This document shows positions 1 through 9,978 of a stretch of 64,000 bases of DNA, piece after piece. The DNA lies in assembly GCA_963805625.1 (NCBI GenBank), contig CAWDVE010000020.1, positions 1-64,000 of the forward strand, in the 5' to 3' direction. Position numbers and translations under genes: made by a program. The notes beneath the pieces were generated by a model. It did not search any database. It saw only the letters and a program-made list of their open reading frames with translations, and was not told the origin of the DNA. How positions within the stretch are numbered: position 1 is the first letter of the stretch; each line of letters begins with the position of its first letter. Origin of the DNA: an uncultured Candidatus Rokubacteria bacterium (GTDB lineage Bacteria > Methylomirabilota > Methylomirabilia > Rokubacteriales > DASRDR01).

Positions 1-76
1 CGGCGAACACGATCACGGTGATGAGAAACAGGGTCACCAGCGAGATGAGACTTCGCTGGATCAGGAACTCGGCCAC
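1..76 (-). CDS. Peptide/nickel ABC transporter permease, N-terminal fragment (runs off the window)
   Basis: Reverse strand reads GTG-AEFLIQRSLISLVTLFLITVIVFA, a typical DppB/OppB N-terminus, directly downstream of a family-5 SBP gene. Confidence 0.75.
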   Translation of the reverse strand, partial: MAEFLIQRSLISLVTLFLITVIVFA

Positions 77-129
77 GATATTCCGACGACGGGGCGGGGA
101 GCCCCCAGTGGGCCCCCGGCCCGCTCAGG

Positions 130-1683
130 CTAGTTCCAGCTCGCGCCCTTGATGCGGATCAAGCCGTCGGGCACGGCCTTGTAGCCCTTGAGGTTCTTCG
201 GGAAGGCCGCGATGTAGTTCTGGTGGTAGAGGTACAGGACGTTCCGGCGCGCGGCGAACCGATCGAGGGCCTGGCGGTAGAGCTCCGCACGCTCCTTCAG
301 GTCGCTCACCTCCCGGGCCCGATTGAGCAGCGTGTCGACAGTCTCGTCGCACGCCTGCGTTGTGTTGAGGCTGCCCTGACACGTGTGGAACTGATGGATG
401 TTGGCGTCGGGGTCCACACGGCCGCTCCAACCGACCAGGAACGCCGGGAGCTTGCCCGCGTCGTCGTCGCTCAGGGCCGCGGCGAACTCCGAGGGCCGGA
501 TCGAGACGTTGAAGCCGGCCTCCTTTGCCATCTGCTGGATCACCTCGCCGACGCGGCGCTCCGGCGGCTGGTTCTGGACCGTGATCTCGAAGCTGTAACC
601 ACCGGCGAGGCCGGCGGCGGCGAGGAGCTTCTTGGCCTGCGCCACGTCACGCCCCGGGCACTTGCGGCTCTTATCGTAGAACGGGCTCACCGGAGAGATA
701 GGCGTGCAGCCCGGCGTGTACTGACCCTCCCAGGCAACTTGGTTCAAGGCCTCGCGGTCGATGGTCAGCTCGAACGCCTCCCGCACCCGCGGGTCATTGG
801 CGAGCGGCGTCCCGAGGTCGCCGGGGAGGGCCGGCGGCTTGCCGTTCTTATTCCGCAGGTTGATGTTCATCCCTGCATACCCGAGCCCCGTCACGCTCGA
901 GACCTCGAACCGGCCTTCCTTGCGCAAGCTCGCCGCGTGCGTCGGGGTCACGATATGCATGAAGTCGATGTCGCCGGAGCGGAGGTTGGCCAGCCGGACG
1001 TTGTCGTCCGTGATGATCCGGAAGACGAGCCGGTCGAACTTCGCCTGGCCCGGATCGAAGTAGTGCGTGGACTTGTCCAGCACGATCCGGTCCTGGGCGA
1101 CGCGCTCGGTGAAGGCCCAGGGGCCGACGCACACGGGCGCGGTCCCAAACTTGTCGTCGAGCTTCCGGGCCTGGACCGGCGACACGGGCATGCCGGCGCG
1201 GTCGGCCAGGATCGCCGTGATGGGTGAGAACGGCGCCTTCAGGCGGAGGCGGACCGTCGTCGGATCGACCACCTCGACGGCATCGACGTGGTCGAGCTCG
1301 CTCCGGCGGCTCGAGCCCTTCATCCCGCGGTGGCGGTCGAGGGAGAACCGGACGGCCTCGGCATCCATCACGGTGCCGTCGTTGAACTTCACGCCCGAGC
1401 GGAGCTTGATCGTGACCGTCTTGCCGCCATCGCCGAACCGGGGCAGCTCCGCGGCTAGCTGCGGGTAGATGTTGAGGCTCTCGTCAATCTCGTAGAGCTT
1501 CTCGCACATGTGCTCGAAGATAATGCGCCCCACGTACGTCCGGGCCAGGGTCGGGTCCAGGATGTCCGGATCCTGGTTCAACCCGATGGTCAGCGTCTTC
1601 TTCTGGGCGTCCGCCGGACCGGAGGCCAGGAGGACGATCCCGAGCATTCCCAGGGCGAGCCACGCTCCGATCCGCATCCTCAT
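130..1683 (-). CDS. ABC transporter substrate-binding protein, family 5 (dipeptide/oligopeptide type)
   Basis: 517 aa with signal peptide; LDP, LR.GVKFNDGT, GPW and WSGRVDPD motifs of SBP_bac_5; GGAGGGAAGG RBS. Confidence 0.92.
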   Translation of the reverse strand: MRMRIGAWLALGMLGIVLLASGPADAQKKTLTIGLNQDPDILDPTLARTYVGRIIFEHMCEKLYEIDESLNIYPQLAAELPRFGDGGKTVTIKLRSGVKFNDGTVMDAEAVRFSLDRHRGMKGSSRRSELDHVDAVEVVDPTTVRLRLKAPFSPITAILADRAGMPVSPVQARKLDDKFGTAPVCVGPWAFTERVAQDRIVLDKSTHYFDPGQAKFDRLVFRIITDDNVRLANLRSGDIDFMHIVTPTHAASLRKEGRFEVSSVTGLGYAGMNINLRNKNGKPPALPGDLGTPLANDPRVREAFELTIDREALNQVAWEGQYTPGCTPISPVSPFYDKSRKCPGRDVAQAKKLLAAAGLAGGYSFEITVQNQPPERRVGEVIQQMAKEAGFNVSIRPSEFAAALSDDDAGKLPAFLVGWSGRVDPDANIHQFHTCQGSLNTTQACDETVDTLLNRAREVSDLKERAELYRQALDRFAARRNVLYLYHQNYIAAFPKNLKGYKAVPDGLIRIKGASWN

Positions 1684-1778
1684 GACACCTTCCCTCCGTC
1701 AGGCCAAGGTCGGTTCACTCGACTGAACGCCGGCGGCGCCACGCCTGTTCCCGTCGCCCACGGCCGGCCGGGCGCGCG

Positions 1779-2810
1779 TCACCCCACGCGGAGCTCGGCG
1801 GCGATTTCCTGGATCTGCCGCCACGTCTCGGCCTCGACGGGGATGCCGTGAGCCCGCCGGTGCGCTTCCGAGCGCGCCTCGGGTTCGCCGGGGACCAGCA
1901 CCTCGGCGACGCCGGGCGCCGTCGCCGAGGACTTGACCCACCGCACCAAGTCCGTCACCTGCCCCGTGAAGTCGACGAGCGGGAGGAAGCGGGCCACCTC
2001 GATCAGCAGCAGGAACGTGCCATTGTGCACGGGGCCAGTGCGGTCTCCGATCGCGCCCTCCCCGGACAGGATCCCGCCCAGCACCTCGACGATGAGGCCG
2101 AGGGCCGTCCCCTTGTGGCCGCCCATCGGCAGGAGCCCCGCGCGCGGTGGCCCGTAGAAGCCCTCCGAATCGGTGACCGGGCGGCCCGCCGGATCGATCG
2201 CCCAGCCGTCCGGCAACGGCTCCTTGCGGTTCCGCTTCACGCGTACTTTCCCCTCGGCGACGATGCTGGTGGCCATGTCAACCGAGATGGCGACGCCACC
2301 GCCCGGCCCGGGGACCGCGACCGCGAGCGGGTTGGTGGAGAGGCGACGGTCGAGGCCGCCGTAGGGAACGACGGAGTGCGCCGTCGGTGCGTTGGTCCAG
2401 ACCAGCCCGACGAACCCCCGTTCGGCCGCCAGCTCCGCGTAGTCCGCCAGCCGGCCGATATGGTTCGACCGCCGGATCCCGACGGCCGCGAGCCCGAGGC
2501 GCGCCGCCTTGTCGATCGCCACCTCCGCCGCGCGCCGCGCGACGACCTGCCCCAGACCAAGATCGCCGTCGACGATCGCCGTGGTCGGCGTTTCCTCGAG
2601 GACGCGCATGGCCGGACGCGGGTTCGTCTCACCCTTCCGGATCGAGCCGACGTACTGCGGCACCCGGATGACGCCGTGCGAGTCGTGTCCACGGAGGTTG
2701 GCGCGGACCAAGAGCCGCGCGACCCACCCGGCGTCGCCGTCCGGCACGCCGAGAGCGGCGAAGATGCGGGTCGCGAGCGCTTGCAGCTGGTCGGGAGCGA
2801 GAGTCTCCAC
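1779..2810 (-). CDS. Ldh_2 family oxidoreductase (malate/L-lactate/L-sulfolactate dehydrogenase-like)
   Basis: ANLRGHDSHG, SNHIGRL, TNPLA, DMATS, GGHKG and PGEPE motifs. Confidence 0.92.
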   Translation of the reverse strand: METLAPDQLQALATRIFAALGVPDGDAGWVARLLVRANLRGHDSHGVIRVPQYVGSIRKGETNPRPAMRVLEETPTTAIVDGDLGLGQVVARRAAEVAIDKAARLGLAAVGIRRSNHIGRLADYAELAAERGFVGLVWTNAPTAHSVVPYGGLDRRLSTNPLAVAVPGPGGGVAISVDMATSIVAEGKVRVKRNRKEPLPDGWAIDPAGRPVTDSEGFYGPPRAGLLPMGGHKGTALGLIVEVLGGILSGEGAIGDRTGPVHNGTFLLLIEVARFLPLVDFTGQVTDLVRWVKSSATAPGVAEVLVPGEPEARSEAHRRAHGIPVEAETWRQIQEIAAELRVG

Positions 2811-2953
2811 CTCAGGGCCTCCTGGGAGCGCGGGGGATCGTCCGCCCGGTGAAACGGCGGACAGGATACCACGACCACCGGAGAGCGCGGGGGCGCCCCG
2901 CGCGCCTCACCCGGTCTTGACCCTCAGGGCCTCCCCGCCCTATCGTGCGGGCG

Positions 2954-3289
2954 ATGGCACTCCAGGATTTCCTGCGGCTCTTCTGGTTCCGCCCGGGCGG
3001 CCGCGACGGCCCGGCGCCCGTGCCCCGCTGGCGCGCACCCACGCGCGTCCACGTGGGGATGCGCGTGCAGCTCCGGATCCCCATCGCGAGCCCGCACACC
3101 ACCTGGATCCCGGCGGGGGCGGCCGGCGTGGTGGTGGGCGGGGACACCCGGGCGCGCCAGGTCTCGGTCGAGCTCGACACGCCTCGGACCGTCATCACCG
3201 TGCCCTGGACCTGGGTCGAGGAAGAGCCGGCGCCCACCCCGGAGGATGGTCCGGCCGAGTCGCCCGCCGCACCCCCGAACTCTTCGTAG
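2954..3289 (+). CDS. Small hypothetical protein with a beta-rich, possibly SH3-like core
   Basis: ATG 7 nt after TATCGT; GC3-rich codons; sequence VGMRVQL...GVVVG...VSVELD...VPWTWVE. Confidence 0.6.
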   Translation: MALQDFLRLFWFRPGGRDGPAPVPRWRAPTRVHVGMRVQLRIPIASPHTTWIPAGAAGVVVGGDTRARQVSVELDTPRTVITVPWTWVEEEPAPTPEDGPAESPAAPPNSS

Positions 3290-3461
3290 CCTCGTCCGCC
3301 ACACGGTGCGCGCGCCGCGTCACAGCGCCAGTCCAGCCACAAAGGCAAGGGTTCGGCGGGGGCGATAGGCGCCTCGCTCCGGAGCGCGGCCGAGCGCCCG
3401 GCGCCTCGGCGCGAGGCGGCGGCATCCGCGGGCGGCCCGGAGTGATATAGCATGAGAGGGT

Positions 3462-3812
3462 ATGCGCCGGCTCGCGCGGGTCGTCGGTTTCACGGCTCTC
3501 GGACTCATGGCGTGCTCGCGCGGCGGGATCCCGCCCGAGCAGGTCCAGGCCTGGGCGGGTCGGCCCGCCGCCGACCTCGTCCGCGAGTGGGGAGCCCCGA
3601 CCAAGGAGGTTGTCGACGCCGGCCAGCGAGTGCTGATCTACGAAGAAATCGAGCAGACCAAGGCCACCGAGTTCTCGCGAGAGGTCTCCCCCCGCACGGT
3701 GGGCGGCACCCCACCCCCGTCGACCGTGGGGTACTCCTCGTACGCCCGGTCATACCTTTTCTGGGTCGACGCCGCCGGCAAGATCACCCGCACCGAGATC
3801 CGACGCCCCTGA
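3462..3812 (+). CDS. Hypothetical lipoprotein
   Basis: Lipobox LMAC after a hydrophobic stretch; W.G...DLVREWGAP motif seen in SmpA/BamE-like small lipoproteins. Confidence 0.75.
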   Translation: MRRLARVVGFTALGLMACSRGGIPPEQVQAWAGRPAADLVREWGAPTKEVVDAGQRVLIYEEIEQTKATEFSREVSPRTVGGTPPPSTVGYSSYARSYLFWVDAAGKITRTEIRRP

Positions 3813-3892
3813 CGGCCGCATCCCCGCGGGCGCGTCCTGTCACCCCGCCGCGGTCTTGGCGAGGCCGGGACCCCAGGATAACGTAGCGACGC

Positions 3893-5713
3893 ATGGCCCT
3901 CTGGCCCCGGCCCGCCGACGAGACCTCCCCGCCCGACCTCGACGAGATCTCCCGTGAAGTCCACGCCTTCGGGCGCGGGGGCTTGCCCGACTGGGAGGCA
4001 GGCTACCTCGAGTATCACCGGCGACGGTACCAGGACACGCTTCGGCTTCTGCCTCCGGGCGAGGGACGGCGGCTCCTGGACGTCGGGTCGTTCCCCGGAC
4101 ACCTCTCGGCACTGGCCCAGGCCCGCGGCTGGGACGTCGTCGGGCTGAACAACGCGATCGAGGGCGGCGGGGCCTGGACCAACTTCCTCGAGCGCTGCGG
4201 CGAGCGCAAGATCACGATCCGCGAGTGCGAGGTCGAGCAGGCGCCATTCCCGCTGCCGACGGCGTCCATGGACGCCGTCCTCTTCTGCGAGCTCTTCGAG
4301 CACCTCCACCTGAACCCGTTCCACACGCTCAAGGAGATCTTCCGGGTCCTCCGCCCGGGGGCCCTCCTGCTGCTCACTACGCCCAACCTCCGGCGCGTCG
4401 AGACGCTCTCGCGTCTCTGGCACGGCTGGGGGACGCAGCCGCCGGTGAGTCGCGCGTTCCACGAGCTCTTCCCGTCCCTGCTCTATCACCGGCACAACCG
4501 CGAGTACACGGCGGACGAGCTCGCCTACTACCTCGCTCTCCAGGGCAAGGATCTCTACGACTTCCGCCTCGACCGCGTCTACTACTCCGACGCGCTCGAC
4601 GCCCCGCACGAGATCCCGGGTGTCCTCGGACAAGCCGTCGGGCCGCGCGAGCAGCGGCTTGCCGGCCGTCTCCGGCGGCTGTTCCCGAGGCTCCGGGGCC
4701 AGCTCATGGCGCGGGCGTGGCGGACGGACGCGACCCTCGTCGAGTGGAGCGCGCTCCGCGCGGTCGAGGGGTTCGGGCCGGTGGAGGAGGATGCCCGCCA
4801 AGCCCAGGGCTTCACCCGACGCCTGACGTTCCCCTTCCGGCTGACGGGCGCGCGTGCCGGGTTCGAGGTGCCCTTGCCGGCGGGAGAGGGCCCCGCGCTG
4901 GTGTCGCTGGTCGTGGCCAATCCAGACGGCGAGGCGCCGCCGCTCCGGACCGACTGGACCCTCGACGGGGTGCCGGCCGCGACGCTCGAACTCGGGGTAA
5001 GCGCGCGGCCTATCCGGATCCACCTCCTCGTCCCGGAGCCCGTGGCCGCGCGCGGGGCGGTGCGCGTTGATCTCGCGACCCCGACGTGGCGCGATCCCTT
5101 TCGGGGGCGCGAGGTCGGGCTTCACGTGGGAACGCAGTGGGTGCTGACCCAGCGCCTCCCCGGAGCCCCGGCCATCGACGCGGCCATCGCCCGGGTGCGG
5201 GCGGAGCGGCGCGCCGAGGAGTCGCTCGAGGGGTGGTGGGTTGCGGCGCAGAGCCTCTATCTTCCCCACCGTACGCTCCCTGGGGCGCTCGAGCTCGGGC
5301 CCGGGGACGAGGACCAGCTCGGCCCGGGATGGTTCGGGCGAGAGGCCTGGGGGAAGCTCGGCGCGATGCGCTGGACCGGCGGGCGCGCCGAGGCGTATCT
5401 CGGCCACGACGGCCGCACCCGGCGTGCCTGTGTCCGCGCCTACTCGGGAGAGCTGCGGCTCGGCCCGGTCTCGGGGCGACTCGTCGTGGAGCGCGTGGAG
5501 GCCGACGGGCGCGCCACTCCGGCGGGGGAAGCGCCCTTCGCGCTTGCCCCCGACACGTGGGCCGAGCTGGCCGTGCCGTTCCAGGCCTCGGCCGGGCTCG
5601 TGCGGGTCACGCTCCACGCCGAGCCGCTCCGGGTGCCGCGCGAGCGGGTGCCCGGCTCGGGTGACAGCCGCCGGCTCGGCCTCGCGATCAAGCGCCTCTG
5701 GCTCGCCGGCTGA
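3893..5713 (+). CDS. Class I SAM-dependent methyltransferase with C-terminal beta-sandwich extensions (probable surface-glycan modification)
   Basis: LLDVGSFPG motif I, ELFEHL, RVLRPG.LLLTTPN, HNREYT; C-terminal GW..E..RWT and D.R.LG motifs. Confidence 0.85.
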   Translation: MALWPRPADETSPPDLDEISREVHAFGRGGLPDWEAGYLEYHRRRYQDTLRLLPPGEGRRLLDVGSFPGHLSALAQARGWDVVGLNNAIEGGGAWTNFLERCGERKITIRECEVEQAPFPLPTASMDAVLFCELFEHLHLNPFHTLKEIFRVLRPGALLLLTTPNLRRVETLSRLWHGWGTQPPVSRAFHELFPSLLYHRHNREYTADELAYYLALQGKDLYDFRLDRVYYSDALDAPHEIPGVLGQAVGPREQRLAGRLRRLFPRLRGQLMARAWRTDATLVEWSALRAVEGFGPVEEDARQAQGFTRRLTFPFRLTGARAGFEVPLPAGEGPALVSLVVANPDGEAPPLRTDWTLDGVPAATLELGVSARPIRIHLLVPEPVAARGAVRVDLATPTWRDPFRGREVGLHVGTQWVLTQRLPGAPAIDAAIARVRAERRAEESLEGWWVAAQSLYLPHRTLPGALELGPGDEDQLGPGWFGREAWGKLGAMRWTGGRAEAYLGHDGRTRRACVRAYSGELRLGPVSGRLVVERVEADGRATPAGEAPFALAPDTWAELAVPFQASAGLVRVTLHAEPLRVPRERVPGSGDSRRLGLAIKRLWLAG

Positions 5714-5725
5714 CCGGCCGAGTCC

Positions 5726-6757
5726 TCAGGGGTTCTGCGTGCCGAAGGTTGCGGAGCGGTCGCGCGGCCGGACGGTGATCGTCTCGAGAGCGCCGTCCCG
5801 CCAGACGCCCAGCTCGACTGGCTGGTTCACGGGTTGCGCCCAGAGCCACCGGTAGAAGGCCTCGACGTCTGCGACCCGCTCCCCGTTCACGCGCAGGATG
5901 ACGTCGCCCTGGCGGAGCCCCGCCGCCTGGGCCGGCCCCGCCGGCGAGACGCCCGCGATCCCGATCCCGCCGTCGATCCCGATCGCGCGGATGCCGAGCC
6001 ACGGCCTCGGCGGGCGAGCGGGCCGGCCGGTCCGGACCATCGCGTCGCGCGCCGGCGCCAGGAGATCGATCGGGATCGCCAGGTGGCCGGCCGACAGCCG
6101 GAGCGAGACCACGCCGACGAGGGCGCCGTCGGGGTCGACCAGCGCGGCGCCGCCGAAGGACGGGTGGTGCGGCGCGACGAACACCGCGCGATCGAGGAGG
6201 TACTCCCAGTAGGCGACGAACGGGCCCACCCCCGTCACGCGGACCATGACGCCCACCGCGGGCCCCGCGGGACCGACGCCCACGATCGCCACCGGATGGC
6301 CGGCCGCGAGCGGCGCGGACTGGCCCAGCTGGGCGGCGGGGTACGGCGCCCCGGCCGGGTCCAGCCGGATCAGCGCGAGCCCACTCTCGAAATCGTGTCC
6401 GACGATTCGCGCCGTCGTGCTGCGCCCGTCCTCGAGCGTCACTTCGATCCGCGCGGCTTCCAGGACGAGGTAGCCCACGGTCACCGCGAGCCCGTCGGGG
6501 TCGATGATGGTCGCCGAGCCAGCCCGCTCCTCGCCGAGCGTCGCCGCGGATGGCCGATCCGGCGGGACGAGCGCCTGGATCCCCACGACCGCCGCACGCA
6601 CACGGGTCACGGCCGATGGCGTCGCCGCCGCGGCACCCGGCTCCGGGCGCGGGGCCGATGCGGGCGGCGCGGCCGCCCCGGCGCCACTGACGAGCAGGAG
6701 GCTCAGCGCGGCGCCACCCACCCAGGCGCCGAGCCGCGCACGCGGCACACGCGTCAC
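5726..6757 (-). CDS. S1C (HtrA-like) trypsin + PDZ protein with a substituted catalytic triad
   Basis: Signal peptide; GSATII, TVGYLV, SGLALI, HPSFGGAALV; PDZ with PAQAAGLRQGDVI; GTG start overlaps the upstream stop (GTGA). Confidence 0.85.
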   Translation of the reverse strand: MTRVPRARLGAWVGGAALSLLLVSGAGAAAPPASAPRPEPGAAAATPSAVTRVRAAVVGIQALVPPDRPSAATLGEERAGSATIIDPDGLAVTVGYLVLEAARIEVTLEDGRSTTARIVGHDFESGLALIRLDPAGAPYPAAQLGQSAPLAAGHPVAIVGVGPAGPAVGVMVRVTGVGPFVAYWEYLLDRAVFVAPHHPSFGGAALVDPDGALVGVVSLRLSAGHLAIPIDLLAPARDAMVRTGRPARPPRPWLGIRAIGIDGGIGIAGVSPAGPAQAAGLRQGDVILRVNGERVADVEAFYRWLWAQPVNQPVELGVWRDGALETITVRPRDRSATFGTQNP

Positions 6758-7371
6758 GGCGTCACCGAGCGTGGCCGTGCGGCGTGGGTCGGGACGACCG
6801 TCCCGGCGCGAATCCCGTAAATCAGCGGCAAGCTCACCACCGTCACCGCCATCTTCACGACGTACTGGCCGACGACGAGCGGCAGGACCGGCAGGACGCC
6901 CACGAAGGCCAGCGTCACGAACACCAGCGAGTCTACCGCAGTCGACACCGCGTTGGACACGAGGACCCGTCCCCAGCGGTAGCCGCCCACGCGCGCTCGC
7001 CACCAGGCGAAGATCTCCGCGTCCACGAGCGAGGCGACGAGATAGGCGACGAGGCTCGCCCCGACGATGCGGGGAGTCGCGCCGAGCACGCGGGCCACCG
7101 CGTCCTGCCCGTCGAAGAACGCCGGGGCCGGCCACCAAACCGTCAGCTGCGCGTACGCCGCCAGGAGGAGGTTCGCGCAGAACGCGGTGCCGATGACCTG
7201 GCGCGCGCCGCGCTTGCCGAGCTGCTCGTTGATCAGATCGAGCAGCGTGAAGGTGATGGCGTAGATGAACACCCCGGCCGGGACGACGAGCCCCCCGACG
7301 ACGATGGGCTTGACCGCCGTCACGTTGGCGATCAGCTCACAGGCAATGTAGAGGCCGATCGCGAGCGTCAT
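6754..7371 (-). CDS. Queuosine precursor transporter (VUT/YhhQ family)
   Basis: ANVTAVK, G...Y..TF...D.INE..G, RIV.ASL.AY and SNAVS..VDS motifs; several TM helices. Confidence 0.9.
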   Translation of the reverse strand: MTLAIGLYIACELIANVTAVKPIVVGGLVVPAGVFIYAITFTLLDLINEQLGKRGARQVIGTAFCANLLLAAYAQLTVWWPAPAFFDGQDAVARVLGATPRIVGASLVAYLVASLVDAEIFAWWRARVGGYRWGRVLVSNAVSTAVDSLVFVTLAFVGVLPVLPLVVGQYVVKMAVTVVSLPLIYGIRAGTVVPTHAARPRSVTP

Positions 7372-7374
7372 GCC

Positions 7375-7818
7375 TCAGAGTCCCCGGAGCCAGGCGGCCT
7401 GCGGCCCGCGGGCCCGGGGGCCGGCGGCGCCCGCCTCGGAGGGCGGTGGGTCCCCCTCGAGCCGGGCGGCAAAGCTCTCGGCGTCGAGAACCGCGGCGCC
7501 GCGGCGGCGCGCTCCCTGCTGGACCGCGCGATCGGACGTGACCACCACCGCCTGGGCATGGTCGCCGACCCATCGCACGATGAAGGCGTCGGCTCGCTCG
7601 CCGGCCCGCGTGAACCAGACGGTGACGGGCCCGTGGGCCTCCGTCCGGGCTTCCCGGGTACCTCCCGCCCACGCGTCGAATACGAGCACGACGCGACGGT
7701 TCCGGGCGCGCGCCCACTCGACGAGGTCCCGCACGAGCTGCGCCCGACTCTCCGGCGCGGGCGCCTCGCCTCGCGCGTAGAGGAGGTTGTACCCGTCGAC
7801 GATCACGGGGACGGGCAT
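7375..7818 (-). CDS. NYN-domain (YacP/Rae1-like PIN) ribonuclease
   Basis: IVDGYNLL, VFDA, ADAFI and VVTSDR acidic PIN motifs; ATG at 7818. Confidence 0.88.
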   Translation of the reverse strand: MPVPVIVDGYNLLYARGEAPAPESRAQLVRDLVEWARARNRRVVLVFDAWAGGTREARTEAHGPVTVWFTRAGERADAFIVRWVGDHAQAVVVTSDRAVQQGARRRGAAVLDAESFAARLEGDPPPSEAGAAGPRARGPQAAWLRGL

Positions 7819-7828
7819 CGGCGGGCGC

Positions 7829-9940
7829 TCAGGGCGCGGCGCGCGGGGCGGCCACCGCCTCGCCGCGGCGGCCGGGCGCGGACCCGTCCCCGTAGAGGCG
7901 CCGGTAGTGGTGCCAGCTCGTGAACACGCGCTTGGCAAACCCCCGCGTCTCATCGAAGGGGATCTGGTCCACGAACTCCTCCATGTCGACCTGCGGGCGC
8001 CCCGCCACCCATTGCTGGACGCGGTGCGGACCGGCGTTGTACGCGGCGACGGCGAGGAGTGGATCTCGGAACCGGGCGGCGAGCTGGGCAAGGTAGCGCG
8101 ACCCGAGCGTGATGTTCACGGGCGGCTCCCAGAGCGCCCCGAGCTCCCCGAGGGGACGCCCGAGCTCTTGCGCGACCACGCGGGCGGTGTCGGGCATGAG
8201 CTGCATCAGGCCGATCGCCCCGACGCCGGAGCGCGCGCGAGGGTCGTAGGAAGATTCCTCGCGGATCACGGCCGCGACGATGTACGGGTCGAGCCCCACC
8301 GTGCGGGCCGCGGTGCGGACGTGTTCGCCATACCCGAGGGGATAGTAGAGCTGCCAGAGGCGCGGCGGGAGACCCGGCGCACCCGCTTCCACGGCCGGGC
8401 CGAGCGCCCGGCGGAGGTAGCGCAAGCTCCGCCCGGCCTCCCCGAGATCGGCGAAGGCCACACCGAGCGCCCAGGCTCGATCACTGTCCGCGGCCGCGTC
8501 CCGGCCGAGCGCTTCGAGCTCCAGGATCGCGAACCCGTCGAAGCCGATCGAGCCGAGCGCCTGCGCCCGCTGGTAGCGCGCCTCGGACCGAAGAAGACCG
8601 ACCGGATCCACCGTGAGCTTCACGGGCAGGGCGACCGGGGGCGGCAGCTTCTCACGCGCGCGGCGCGCGGCCAGGATGCCGTAGTATCCCTGCGGGCCGC
8701 GGCTCAGCACCTCGCGATAGAGGGCCAGGGCCGCCCCCTTCTCCCCCAGCTGGTCGAGCGAGCGGCCCGCCCAGTAGAGTCCGGCGAGACGCGCGCTCCC
8801 GACCGTGGAGGAGAGCTGGCGGAAGGCGAGGGCCGCATCCCGGAACCGGCCCGCGCGGTACTCGAGCCAGGCCACCTCCCAGCGCGCCGACGCGGCCGCC
8901 GGGCTATCGGGATTCCGCGCCACCACCCCCTGGAACGCCTCGCGCGCCGCATCGAACTGGCCGAGCTCGGTGCGCGCGCGGGCCAGCTGGAGCGCGACAT
9001 CCGGCAGGTTGGAGGCCTCCGGATGCTCGGCGAGGAGGCGCTCGTACATCGCCGCCCCCCGGCTCGTCTGGCCGCTCCGCTGAAGGAGGCGTCCGAGCTC
9101 GTAGAGGAGCGCCGCGTGCGACGGCGTGACCGGCTCGGTCAGGGCGGCGTCGAGCCGGGCGATCGCCTCGTCGCTCCGGGCCAGGCGACCGAGCATCGGC
9201 GCGATCCGGGCGAGCGCGCGGTGGCGCACGGCGAGCTCCGGCCCCTGGGCCAGGAGCCCCTCGAGCAGTCGGACCGAGGCGCTCTGCTCTCCCGCGTCCG
9301 CCAGACGCTGCGCCTGGAGAAAGTGCTCCTCGATGGTGAGCGGCGGCACGGGGAGCCCAGCTCCGCGTGCCAGGTCTTCCAGGCTCTCCCGCGCCGCCTC
9401 GCCCCACGCGGACGCGGGCGCCTCGATCCAACGGCGCCGAAGGTCCGCGATCGCCTCGGCCACCTGTCCCTGCGCCGCGCGCGCCTCGGCTAGCCGGACC
9501 AGGACCCGCCCCGCCTCCGGGTGGGCCGGCGTGCGGGCCAGGAAGCGCCGGGCCTCGCGCTCGGCCTCCACCCACAGGCCCAGCCGGAACACGGTGTCGA
9601 GGGCCGCGAGCTGCGCCTGGGGCAAGAGGAGGGACTCCGGGAAGCGCTCGATGAACGCGCGGAAGCGTGTGACCGCGAGCGCCTCGTCGCCTTCGCGAAG
9701 CGCGGCCTCCGCCGAGAAGAAGGTCGCGTAGTCTGCGAGCAGGAATCCCGGGGGCAACTCGTCGAAGAGGGCGCGGGCCCGCGCGTACTCCCCTCCGGCC
9801 AGCGCCACGTGGGCCTCGCGATAGCGCTGGAGCGGGCTCGGTGACACCACCACCGCCGCCCCGGCGCGGGGGGCTGCGAGGGCCACGAGGAGCCCGGTCA
9901 CGACGACCGCGGCGAGCGCGGACCGGCCGCCCAACATCAT
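7829..9940 (-). CDS. slt: Soluble lytic murein transglycosylase with TPR repeats
   Basis: TPR-like helices, then IREES, GAIGLMQLM, AAYNAG and IPFDETR SLT motifs; signal peptide from ATG 9940. Confidence 0.9.
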   Translation of the reverse strand: MMLGGRSALAAVVVTGLLVALAAPRAGAAVVVSPSPLQRYREAHVALAGGEYARARALFDELPPGFLLADYATFFSAEAALREGDEALAVTRFRAFIERFPESLLLPQAQLAALDTVFRLGLWVEAEREARRFLARTPAHPEAGRVLVRLAEARAAQGQVAEAIADLRRRWIEAPASAWGEAARESLEDLARGAGLPVPPLTIEEHFLQAQRLADAGEQSASVRLLEGLLAQGPELAVRHRALARIAPMLGRLARSDEAIARLDAALTEPVTPSHAALLYELGRLLQRSGQTSRGAAMYERLLAEHPEASNLPDVALQLARARTELGQFDAAREAFQGVVARNPDSPAAASARWEVAWLEYRAGRFRDAALAFRQLSSTVGSARLAGLYWAGRSLDQLGEKGAALALYREVLSRGPQGYYGILAARRAREKLPPPVALPVKLTVDPVGLLRSEARYQRAQALGSIGFDGFAILELEALGRDAAADSDRAWALGVAFADLGEAGRSLRYLRRALGPAVEAGAPGLPPRLWQLYYPLGYGEHVRTAARTVGLDPYIVAAVIREESSYDPRARSGVGAIGLMQLMPDTARVVAQELGRPLGELGALWEPPVNITLGSRYLAQLAARFRDPLLAVAAYNAGPHRVQQWVAGRPQVDMEEFVDQIPFDETRGFAKRVFTSWHHYRRLYGDGSAPGRRGEAVAAPRAAP

Positions 9941-9978
9941 CGGCCAGTGTACCAGGAGGGACCGGCAGACCATGCCGA

